Positions 16,027 through 23,564 of a DNA stretch of 64,000 nucleotides are shown one piece after another (within the stretch, counting starts at the first letter, position 1; every line of letters begins with the position of its first letter). The DNA comes from a virus (Duplodnaviria > Caudoviricetes). Below the pieces are notes generated by a model, which worked only from the letters and a program-made list of their open reading frames with translations, was not told the origin of the DNA and searched no databases. The position numbers and the translations under genes are program-made. Where the stretch lies: the IMG/VR virus record IMGVR_UViG_3300005545_000008, positions 7,529 through 71,528 of that record; one strand, 5' to 3'.

Positions 16027-16055
16027 AGCGTAACATACATGATTATGTATGTCAA
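16027..16055 (-). promoter_or_regulatory. Consensus promoter with palindromic operator for traA-traB
   Basis: TTGACA-17-TACGCT; ACATACAT-N4-ATGTATGT (16033-16052) fills the spacer and overlaps the -35. Confidence 0.75.
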
Positions 16056-16062
16056 CAAATAA

Positions 16063-16377
16063 TTATGTACGTGGTGCTGATATTGGCGTAGCAGGTTTAT
16101 CAGGTAGAACGATGCTCGTGTCTAGGTAGTCAGACGCTTGTCTAGTCTCCAATAACCTCTTACCTTCACGAAGAATATTTACAGCTACCTGATCAATTGT
16201 ATTTAAGTCTGGTATTGTTGAATATTCTGGTAAAACTGTTGTGCCCTTGGACATTTTCGCCCAAAAGAGATTTGTATTAGTCTGATATGATAATTCAACA
16301 GTGTAAACACCTTGATCAACACCTGCTATACGACACCATTCTGATACAACAGCTGGTTTAATTCCATATCTAGGCAT
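16063..16377 (-). CDS. Hypothetical protein
   Basis: Overlaps upstream stop; ends just before the tra promoter. Confidence 0.65.
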   Translation of the reverse strand: MPRYGIKPAVVSEWCRIAGVDQGVYTVELSYQTNTNLFWAKMSKGTTVLPEYSTIPDLNTIDQVAVNILREGKRLLETRQASDYLDTSIVLPDKPATPISAPRT

Positions 16378-16579
16378 CTAGCCACTCCACGAGTGTCAGA
16401 CCATTGTGGCCATGTATTCCTATGGCGTCTTCTATATTTTTCCAGAATACCATTGATGGTCTCTCACCGAGCCACCTTAAAGCCACAGTTCCATCTGTGA
16501 ATTCAACACCTTCTACTACTACACCAGTGCCGGATACTCCACTGACGTCTTCCTTCCTATTTAAAACAAATCTTCTCAA
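16370..16579 (-). CDS. Conserved actinophage hypothetical protein
   Basis: RFVLNR.EDVSGVSGTG.V.EG..F.DG....RW...HGH.G.T family motif. Confidence 0.75.
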   Translation of the reverse strand: MRRFVLNRKEDVSGVSGTGVVVEGVEFTDGTVALRWLGERPSMVFWKNIEDAIGIHGHNGLTLVEWLDA

Positions 16580-16609
16580 TTAATTTAACATTCCTTTTTC
16601 TAAATTTCA

Positions 16610-17053
16610 CTATGAAGTGAGTATATAATCTTTCTTAAATTCTTCACTACCTACAAACACAACTGCTCCATTGGATTCAAGAACAATCCATTCCCCATAG
16701 TGGATATCACCATGTTCTGTTGTAATCCCTAGGCCACTAGCATCCGCATATTCAAAATTACCTTCGCTAGTCATCCATGCCCTGACAGAATCAACGTTTT
16801 CTTTGCTAAGTAATACGCAATCATAATTTAGTTTTGGTGAACAGCTTTCCCAATTAATGCGGTCTGGCTTAGATTGTGTCGTGACAAAAATCTGAGGGAA
16901 TAAAAGATCCTCTGCGATTTTTGTCATAAGATCAAACTTTTTCTCTAATTGCAATTTGTCTAGATATTTTCCAATTTCCTCAAAAGAAGTCATTTTAGAT
17001 ATATCCTCCATCGTTCTTCCATCTAGTAATATACTCAACCCATTCTGGATCAT
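16610..17053 (-). CDS. Hypothetical protein (GEWIV...EEF..Y C-terminal motif)
   Basis: Distant resemblance to 20857-21363. Confidence 0.6.
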   Translation of the reverse strand: MIQNGLSILLDGRTMEDISKMTSFEEIGKYLDKLQLEKKFDLMTKIAEDLLFPQIFVTTQSKPDRINWESCSPKLNYDCVLLSKENVDSVRAWMTSEGNFEYADASGLGITTEHGDIHYGEWIVLESNGAVVFVGSEEFKKDYILTS

Positions 17054-17228
17054 ATTGTTTTACTTCTAAATACTCTTCCCATTGCCAGGAACACTGCTCA
17101 CATGGATACTCCTGCTTCGCCCCAGCGACGACAGTACAATTATTCTTCCAGTCACCATATTTACAGCCATGCCATTTACAGCAATGTGCTGTATGTGCAT
17201 CGCCTTTATTCGAGTCCAATATTGCCAT
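16995..17228 (-). CDS. Cys/His-rich small protein
   Basis: HCCKWHGCKYG...C...CEQC. Confidence 0.6.
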   Translation of the reverse strand: MAILDSNKGDAHTAHCCKWHGCKYGDWKNNCTVVAGAKQEYPCEQCSWQWEEYLEVKQYDPEWVEYITRWKNDGGYI

Positions 17229-17517
17229 CAGCAGCCTCTACAATCTCCTTTAGAATGGTCGCAAAATCAAAGCAGGCCAAATCAATATCATAGCTTACAT
17301 ATCTTCCTTTGTTGGTGTAAGCAGAAATTGATACTTCAGCACTTGGCGGGGTCGCAAATGAACAATAACAATCTGGGTCTCTTCCTGCACAACAAGAATA
17401 TCCCTCAGAGAAATTCATGTATACATCAATCTTGCCAATATCAACTTTTTCGCTCTGTTTAATATAAGGCTTCAATTTAATGAATCCCCATGTTTTCAGC
17501 GCCATATCATAATGCAT
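17206..17517 (-). CDS. Hypothetical protein with CC...CYC motif
   Basis: EGYSCCAGRDPDCYCSFA. Confidence 0.65.
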   Translation of the reverse strand: MHYDMALKTWGFIKLKPYIKQSEKVDIGKIDVYMNFSEGYSCCAGRDPDCYCSFATPPSAEVSISAYTNKGRYVSYDIDLACFDFATILKEIVEAADGNIGLE

Positions 17518-17740
17518 TATCCATCCAATGTTAGGGGGCCGTAATCTCTTTCAACTACTGGCCATTTTAAACCAACATAAGCGAGGATGTGTTCAAAGTT
17601 TCTCATGGTCCAGCCATGATTGCGCTCATCCCATTTCCATCTATATCCATCGCTATCTCTAACCACATTGTCATGCGTTGGCTCTTGCATACTATCATCC
17701 TTATCCCCAAACTATATCGAGGATTGTAAAACTAGTATTA

Positions 17741-17932
17741 TTATTCTTCAAGTATAAATGGAAGAGGACCCCACTGCCCAAGATTTTCATGCAATTCAAG
17801 CAATTGTTTCGCCGCTTCTTCATCGAAATGCAAAAGTAAATGCATGAGAACATCATAATTTCTCATCTGTTGAATGAGCAATAGGGTTAATAACTCTTCT
17901 GGATCTGGTTTTTGCTCTTTTAATTCACTCAT
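17741..17932 (-). CDS. Hypothetical protein
   Basis: LLxxQxMRxYDVL motif; leftward operon. Confidence 0.6.
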   Translation of the reverse strand: MSELKEQKPDPEELLTLLLIQQMRNYDVLMHLLLHFDEEAAKQLLELHENLGQWGPLPFILEE

Positions 17933-18238
17933 GACTATAGACTAGTCATCTGACTCTTCAATGTCAAGATACAAATCGTCTTGAATCATATCATTGCCCT
18001 TATCAAGGGCGTCATATCTGTCATCAGCATCAACATAATATGATGTAATAAGAATTTCTTTTACATACACATTGACTTGAAATTTAGGCATCTAGGTCTT
18101 CGATCTCCCAGTCATATTCATGATGAACATCAGAGACCCACACGTCAAGTGCCATTTCTGGATCTTTGAGGAATTCTTCCTCTGTAATATCACCTAGATC
18201 ATATGTTTCAACAATTTCTGGGAATGTCACTGTTACTT

Positions 18239-18520
18239 TCATTCATCTTCCTCTATTCTAGGCGGGATAGCAATAGGAATTGACCATCTCCATTGATTAA
18301 TATTAATCTTACCTTTAGGCTTTAATCTCAAAAGAACTTCTTGCAGTTCATTTTGAGTCATTACATCTGCAAACTTTCTTCTACTGAAGATATTCTCTTC
18401 AAACCTATCAGTCTTTATGGTAGGTGGCTCTAACTGACCTTCCATACTTACCTTGTAATCACCAACTTCAATAGTGATTTTGGCTTCTTGGTAATCTTGA
18501 CCGAATACATCTCCCAACAT
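18239..18520 (-). CDS. Hypothetical protein
   Basis: Starts directly after the thyX stop; GGAGG RBS. Confidence 0.6.
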   Translation of the reverse strand: MLGDVFGQDYQEAKITIEVGDYKVSMEGQLEPPTIKTDRFEENIFSRRKFADVMTQNELQEVLLRLKPKGKININQWRWSIPIAIPPRIEEDE

Positions 18521-19240
18521 TTAACCTCCAAATATTGTCTTGAAGGTAACAGGGAATAGAGGTTCTGTCAAGTCCCTAAGGGCTTCTGCATATAATTGAA
18601 ATTCCTTTTGTGCTCCGTGCTCAAGACGTTCTTGCAATAAGTGTATGAGCGCTGCGAGAGATATTGTGGTGCGTACACGAACATACATGCCATAGGCAGG
18701 AAGGAAGAGACGAGCTTGCTCAGCGCAGACTCCCATTTTCATCCAATATTCGTAAAACTCTACACCTCTTTCTACATATTTCATTAATTCATCAGTAGCG
18801 ACCTGTCCAATTCTTGGATCTACTTGATCACCAGATCCTTGTTTGGAATTCATTGGGGCCTCGCGCCATTCAGTTAATTCAGGAATATAGAATGTGGGCT
18901 CTTCTGTCACATATCGACGTGATGTCTCATTCATACAAACGCCATCATCAATATGAGCAGCACCTACAATATATTTCCAATACTGGCGGGCGACCATGAG
19001 GGGCATATAAATCTCGAATTGTAACGTAGCCTGACGAAATACAGACATCTCGTTTTTGCGTACTAGATACGCCATCAAACGTTCATCACGTTCGGCAAGC
19101 GTTCCATCCTCATTTGGCTGGCACTCTTTATCATAAGAAACTCTAGCCGCTGAAATAATACTAGCATCATTTCCCATGTGGTTTAATAGGCCCACATAAC
19201 CTTTATCAAGTACCTGGATATATCCATCAGGTAACGTCAC
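18521..19240 (-). CDS. thyX: Flavin-dependent thymidylate synthase, divergent motif
   Basis: MGND..I..AARVSY; VARQ...NETSRRY; EQARLFLP; ER...AQ.E. The RHR motif is replaced by KYI. Confidence 0.85.
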   Translation of the reverse strand: MTLPDGYIQVLDKGYVGLLNHMGNDASIISAARVSYDKECQPNEDGTLAERDERLMAYLVRKNEMSVFRQATLQFEIYMPLMVARQYWKYIVGAAHIDDGVCMNETSRRYVTEEPTFYIPELTEWREAPMNSKQGSGDQVDPRIGQVATDELMKYVERGVEFYEYWMKMGVCAEQARLFLPAYGMYVRVRTTISLAALIHLLQERLEHGAQKEFQLYAEALRDLTEPLFPVTFKTIFGG

Positions 19241-19790
19241 TATAATTCTTCCTTTTCACTATATTAAATATACACTGAGAGGTGACATTAAATTCTTCAG
19301 CAATTTGCTTGTAAGTCTTTGCTGGATAAGAATCTCTGATGTATCTGACCTGATCAGCGGTAAAAATGCTATTTTTTGCTCTATAGCCTTGAGCTGCTCG
19401 TGCCTTTTTGGCGCTTGCACTACGAACTTCTGCAACCTTGTCATACTCATTTTGCTGGTGTGTGCCAAGTGCTATATTGGACTTGGAAAAATCCAAGGTG
19501 TTGCCGTTCAGATGACGGACGCATTCAGCGCTTATAGCTTCTTCACCATAAAAACAATAAGCTGCATATTTGTGTATTGGAATACCAAATACTCCATATT
19601 TATTACTAACTCCATCAAATCCAGCCACGCTGAATGTAGGATAGCGTTGTTCTCCAAAAAGTTTAACAGTTAGCGGTTTTCCCATCAATCCAATAAGATC
19701 ACCGCTTTCCGTCACTCTGTATCCTTTTTGATATGCAAATTCAATTGCATTCCACATTGTGCTCATATACCATATGATATCACGCTGCAT
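19227..19790 (-). CDS. HNH homing endonuclease with C-terminal HTH
   Basis: IPIHKYAAYCF...VRHLNGNTLDFSKSNIALGTHQQN; C-terminal YKQIAEEFNVTSQCIFNIVKRKNY. Confidence 0.85.
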   Translation of the reverse strand: MQRDIIWYMSTMWNAIEFAYQKGYRVTESGDLIGLMGKPLTVKLFGEQRYPTFSVAGFDGVSNKYGVFGIPIHKYAAYCFYGEEAISAECVRHLNGNTLDFSKSNIALGTHQQNEYDKVAEVRSASAKKARAAQGYRAKNSIFTADQVRYIRDSYPAKTYKQIAEEFNVTSQCIFNIVKRKNYSDVT

Positions 19791-19803
19791 TTATTTATGC
19801 AAG

Positions 19804-20058
19804 TCACCAGGAATAATTCTGCACTAGATGTGCTATTTCTGCATTGTTTTTTACAATTGTGAACATATGCTTATTTCCAATACCTTTTGGTTTTCCAACC
19901 TCTTGCATGGCAAGAAACTTAATGTCTCTTTCATTTTCCTCAGGTTTGAGTGCAGGATTCCATGATTGTCTAAATGTTAATTTCTTTACAAAATCTCTAC
20001 TTAAAAACCAGTCATGTCCACTACCTTCGCAAACGAGAACTTCTACGTCTTCCATCAC
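19804..20058 (-). CDS. Hypothetical protein
   Basis: GTGA overlap with upstream gene. Confidence 0.55.
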   Translation of the reverse strand: MMEDVEVLVCEGSGHDWFLSRDFVKKLTFRQSWNPALKPEENERDIKFLAMQEVGKPKGIGNKHMFTIVKNNAEIAHLVQNYSW

Positions 20059-20357
20059 TTCACGGTCCTATATTTAATAATAGTTTGTTCGTATGGTTCT
20101 ACTTCTTCAATTGAAATATTGGAGTCTGGGTCTTGGTATTCAGTTGATCCCTCTTCCCAGGTAATTTCAACGAATGAGCCATCATCAAACTTCCATACGG
20201 CGCTTTTATATGTTGACCATCTGTCTTGACCAGCAAGGTCAAATGAGTCATCTAGGTAGCCATGAGGGTCAAAGAAGTCAACATCAATATCCCACATGTC
20301 TGTGTCATACGAACCATTCTTTTCGAACCATGCAATTAACTCTTGTGCTTTATTCAT
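20055..20357 (-). CDS. Acidic hypothetical protein
   Basis: RWS....VWK..DG.F..I.W..G.TEYQ motif common in phage proteins. Confidence 0.7.
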   Translation of the reverse strand: MNKAQELIAWFEKNGSYDTDMWDIDVDFFDPHGYLDDSFDLAGQDRWSTYKSAVWKFDDGSFVEITWEEGSTEYQDPDSNISIEEVEPYEQTIIKYRTVK

Positions 20358-20616
20358 TACTAGTTTTCTTTTCCTCCGATTTAATTAAGAGACCAGCTCT
20401 TTGTAGTTCGTCTACGATTTTTGGTGTTAGATGAATCCAATAGTCTTCTAGGGCACCTTGCACATTGAGTATACCTCGATATGTTTCATCATTATCATTC
20501 GTTGCCTTGGCATGCGCAATTGCGCCCTGGATAAACTTATGCACCAGGGCGTCAACTATGCGATTGGCTAGTGGCTCATGTCTGGAAATCTTTTCCTTAT
20601 TGGTGTTATACTTCAT
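20350..20616 (-). CDS. Hypothetical protein
   Basis: ATGA coupling. Confidence 0.6.
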   Translation of the reverse strand: MKYNTNKEKISRHEPLANRIVDALVHKFIQGAIAHAKATNDNDETYRGILNVQGALEDYWIHLTPKIVDELQRAGLLIKSEEKKTSNE

Positions 20617-20891
20617 TCTTTACCGAATCTTCCCATGAAATGATTCTCCGCTGCGAGCAATGTTGCATCCAGCACATCAAACCATTCATCATATTTTCTA
20701 TATGACTTGTCTCCATACCAGCTTTCTAAGGCACGGATGCCAGTCAAATAGTACTCAAAAAGGGTCCAGTGGCGTTGTGACATATTGTCCATAAAATATT
20801 CAGGACTTTGTAAGTCCTCGCATAGACCCATTTCGAGGTAAGATTCTAGATATTCGTCACCAGACACTAAATCCATCTTCCCACATCTCAA
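20613..20891 (-). CDS. Acidic hypothetical protein
   Basis: Packed operon; start may be ATG near 20876. Confidence 0.55.
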   Translation of the reverse strand: MRCGKMDLVSGDEYLESYLEMGLCEDLQSPEYFMDNMSQRHWTLFEYYLTGIRALESWYGDKSYRKYDEWFDVLDATLLAAENHFMGRFGKE

Positions 20892-21363
20892 TAAACTCTG
20901 TTGAGTCTGCTACAATCTCTTCGACTTGAGCCAAGGAGACAGCACCATTCTTCTGAATAAGCTCAAGTACATCTCTAAGAACATTACAGACATTGTCAAC
21001 ACGAGGATCGTCGTAGCCGTCTGGCATGCCTTTAACACCCTCAAGCAGCTTCTCAATCGTGAGAACTGGATCAACAATCGTGTATTTCATCTCCATGGCC
21101 TCAGACTCACAGGGATAAAATTCACCCTTGAGACCTTTAACTAGCCAATGGCCAGCAGGGACATTGAGCCACTGCTCTTCTAGATCATTGTATACTTTTA
21201 GGTACGTTGTGGCAGGATAAGTCTCAATCTCAGTGTACTGAAGTTTATCCTGAGGAACAAAGTCCAGCAGCTCTAGATAGCTTTCATAGGTTCCATCCCA
21301 TCGGTATGGGGCAGACTGAATCTGAACCTTTTTTGTTTCCCAGGTAAGTGCCTTGTTGGTCAT
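20857..21363 (-). CDS. Phage protein of the GxWxxKGxKGEFYPC family
   Basis: VPAGHWLVKGLKGEFYPCESEAMEMKY; GGAG RBS before ATG 21363. Confidence 0.7.
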   Translation of the reverse strand: MTNKALTWETKKVQIQSAPYRWDGTYESYLELLDFVPQDKLQYTEIETYPATTYLKVYNDLEEQWLNVPAGHWLVKGLKGEFYPCESEAMEMKYTIVDPVLTIEKLLEGVKGMPDGYDDPRVDNVCNVLRDVLELIQKNGAVSLAQVEEIVADSTEFIEMWEDGFSVW

Positions 21364-21857
21364 TTCTTCTCCATTAGTTGTTGTTGAATCTTTTCGATTC
21401 GGTTTAATGTGGACTTTAAACCTTCGTCTACTTCTCTGCGCCATGCAAAGGCAAGTTTTGCCTTAAGCTCAAAGATAGTATTTGAGGCACGTGCATATTG
21501 CTTATTAATGTGGCGCAGTTTGATCTTCGTATCATACAGTTCTTGCACTAGTTTATTAGTGATAAGAAGTTTTTTAATGTACTCACGGGCATATCCAGCG
21601 TTGTACATCGCCTTAACACCCAACACATGATTCACAAGCATTTTGGAATAACTAGATGAGATCTTCATGTCTTTGGTGAGAACTGTAAAGAGCTTTTCTT
21701 TTGCATCCTCAAGTTCGGATAGAGTAAGATGCTTTGAACTCCATCCTATTGTTTGATCCAACGAGGTAATTTCAGGAAAGTCCTCATATTCAATAGTCTC
21801 TGGCTCTTTTTCATCCAACGTTTGTCCACCGAAAAATATTCTTTTAATTGCTTTCAT
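21360..21857 (-). CDS. Hypothetical coiled-coil protein
   Basis: TAATG coupling with upstream gene. Confidence 0.65.
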   Translation of the reverse strand: MKAIKRIFFGGQTLDEKEPETIEYEDFPEITSLDQTIGWSSKHLTLSELEDAKEKLFTVLTKDMKISSSYSKMLVNHVLGVKAMYNAGYAREYIKKLLITNKLVQELYDTKIKLRHINKQYARASNTIFELKAKLAFAWRREVDEGLKSTLNRIEKIQQQLMEKK

Positions 21858-22045
21858 TATCCCATTTCCATATCCCTAGCAATGATGGCATCATATTGAT
21901 CCCATTCTGATTGCTCTACTTTGGCAGCGATTTCATCCAATCTATCTGCCCACCCTCGTATCTCATCTCGCGGGGGTACGATGGGTTCACTATAGTACTG
22001 TCTGATGTCATGCGCAAGGTCTCGTAACCGATCTGAGATGTTCAC
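21857..22045 (-). CDS. Hypothetical protein
   Basis: GTG start; packed operon. Confidence 0.55.
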   Translation of the reverse strand: MNISDRLRDLAHDIRQYYSEPIVPPRDEIRGWADRLDEIAAKVEQSEWDQYDAIIARDMEMG

Positions 22046-22163
22046 TTACGCCCCCAGATCTTACATCCACAAAATTCCTTGACAATCATCTTAGTGCTGC
22101 AAACACTACATTGCCATTGAAGTCCCACTTTAGTAGGTTTAGGTGGTCTACATTGATGTGCCA

Positions 22164-22322
22164 TTATTTCTTCTTCCAAACTAGTAATTTAAAAGTCTTG
22201 CTTAATGGTTGGGCAACCCACACCTGACCACAATCAAAACTCTTACACTTCCACTCAGAACCTTCTTTAAAGGTTCTTTTTCCAGGTATCATTTTAGGTG
22301 TCTCACACCTATGAAGAGCCAT
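22164..22322 (-). CDS. Small zinc-binding protein
   Basis: HRC...G..W.C...CGQVW; AGGAG RBS before ATG 22322. Confidence 0.6.
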   Translation of the reverse strand: MALHRCETPKMIPGKRTFKEGSEWKCKSFDCGQVWVAQPLSKTFKLLVWKKK

Positions 22323-22498
22323 ATTACTCCTAGAATGGCGGGGGATCAATGGCCCCCGCCCTATAATTGCGATACATTTGTAAAAACTCCATTATTTGTT
22401 CTGGAGTATATCTATTGAATTTGATATCACGTTCATCACATAGTTTCTCAAATTCTTTTAAAAGATCTATAAGTTTGATTACGTCATTGCGTGATATC

Positions 22499-22615
22499 TT
22501 AGCGCTCATTCAGTAGCGCTTCCTTACAAAGGGGATGATATTGCTTTTTACCAAAAGGCTTTGGATTATTTTTAATCGGCTTATGGCATCTCGCGCATAT
22601 AATTGTTTTAGGCAT
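22499..22615 (-). CDS. 38-aa CxxC...HxxC zinc finger (absent from ORF track)
   Basis: MPKTIICARCHKPI...YHPLC; TAATG coupling. Confidence 0.55.
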   Translation of the reverse strand: MPKTIICARCHKPIKNNPKPFGKKQYHPLCKEALLNER

Positions 22616-22812
22616 TATTTCTTACTTCCCGTTCCACCTTGTAATGGATTTTGAATGTTTCGCCTTCTCTTATTCAGCATTTCTTTATTCTTTTGTTCCC
22701 AGTCATAATTTCTTGCACATTTAGGATGGAAAATCATTTGAATTGAATCTCTGTAAATAAAATTTCTTCCTACTTCTTGCCTACATCGAGAACACTTTAT
22801 CTTTTTGGGCAT
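22615..22812 (-). CDS. CxxC...HxxC zinc-finger protein
   Basis: MPKKIKCSRCRQEV...FHPKC; AAGGA RBS. Confidence 0.65.
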   Translation of the reverse strand: MPKKIKCSRCRQEVGRNFIYRDSIQMIFHPKCARNYDWEQKNKEMLNKRRRNIQNPLQGGTGSKK

Positions 22813-22873
22813 AATTATCCTTAACTCTTAAAGATCTAACGATCTTCGTACTTTTCGTTGTCTTTCTGATTTT

Positions 22874-23340
22874 AGATACAACTCTGTACCCCCCTAGACT
22901 GGGGAGACATACACATAATATAGAAAATGTATGTCTTATGAGGACCACCGGTATGGTGGTGTCTCCCGGAACCAAGTCACTTAGGCCATCCCTCCTACCT
23001 CAGGAGCACGGTATTAATCGTACGGAGCGGGGTATCAGTACTTCATTTACTCACGTGTCATTCTTACTGAAGGGATGACTTCAATGTTGTCCAGTCTATC
23101 CTTTCGGACCCACACCAATCCTCGACTGTCAGATTTCTCTACCCGGTACAGTGGCTCTGGGATATACACGGGGTGACTGGTGGATACTGTATCGTAAAGT
23201 ATACGGAACGCATGTATTTCTCACTAGGAGAATGCCTACTCGCCCGTTAGGCCCCGGATTTAGCTGTATCGCAAATGCGAGCATCACCTTCGGTCGCTAT
23301 GACGGGCGAACCCCGTTTGTTTTTAAATTAAGTTGTATCT
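22874..23340 (-). ncRNA. Large (~467 nt) structured ncRNA candidate
   Basis: Ends pair through perfect AGATACAACT/AGTTGTATCT; many internal helices; G-U pairs fit the minus strand; no credible ORF. Confidence 0.65.
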
Positions 23341-23348
23341 GGGCATAG

Positions 23349-23392
23349 CAAAAGCCCCTAGAGGAATTCGTGGTAGGAACTCTAGGGGCTTT
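23349..23392 (-). terminator. Intrinsic terminator with 16-nt loop (possible attenuator)
   Basis: 13-bp stem AAAGCCCCTAGAG/CTCTAGGGGCTTT plus T tract. Confidence 0.75.
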
Positions 23393-23398
23393 CAAGTA

Positions 23399-23425
23399 TT
23401 AATTGTACCTCAGGCGTCCCACCAC
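23399..23425 (-). CDS. Putative 8-aa leader peptide (MVGRLRYN)
   Basis: GAAAGG RBS then GTG GTG GGA CGC CTG AGG TAC AAT TAA, between promoter and terminator. Confidence 0.4.
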   Translation of the reverse strand: MVGRLRYN

Positions 23426-23439
23426 GTCAACCTTTCGTT

Positions 23440-23468
23440 AGTCTAGCAGACTGGTCCGTCAGTGTCAA
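23440..23468 (-). promoter_or_regulatory. Leftward housekeeping-sigma (HrdB-type) promoter
   Basis: TTGACA-17-TAGACT. Confidence 0.8.
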
Positions 23469-23479
23469 GCCATAGGGCA

Positions 23480-23508
23480 TTGCTATTGCAAACGGATCAT
23501 GCTACTAT
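23480..23508 (+). promoter_or_regulatory. Rightward divergent promoter
   Basis: TTGCTA-17-TACTAT, back-to-back with the leftward promoter at the strand switch. Confidence 0.55.
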
Positions 23509-23564
23509 AGCAGTATGCCTGTTTGCGCAGGTCAAGGATAACACAACGGGACGGAAAAATCAAT

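Noticed and set aside
22338-22361. GC-rich hairpin GGCGGGG...CCCCGCC as terminator
   Set aside because: It lies within the 3' end of a leftward ORF and lacks a U-tract.
22874-23340. tmRNA, RNase P RNA or intron
   Set aside because: No tmRNA acceptor/T-arm ends, no GAGGAAAGTCC, no interrupted host gene. Kept as an unclassified ncRNA.
23151-23348. 65-aa plus-strand ORF and 22781-22975 minus-strand ORF
   Set aside because: No RBS or motifs; they lie in the base-paired ncRNA region.
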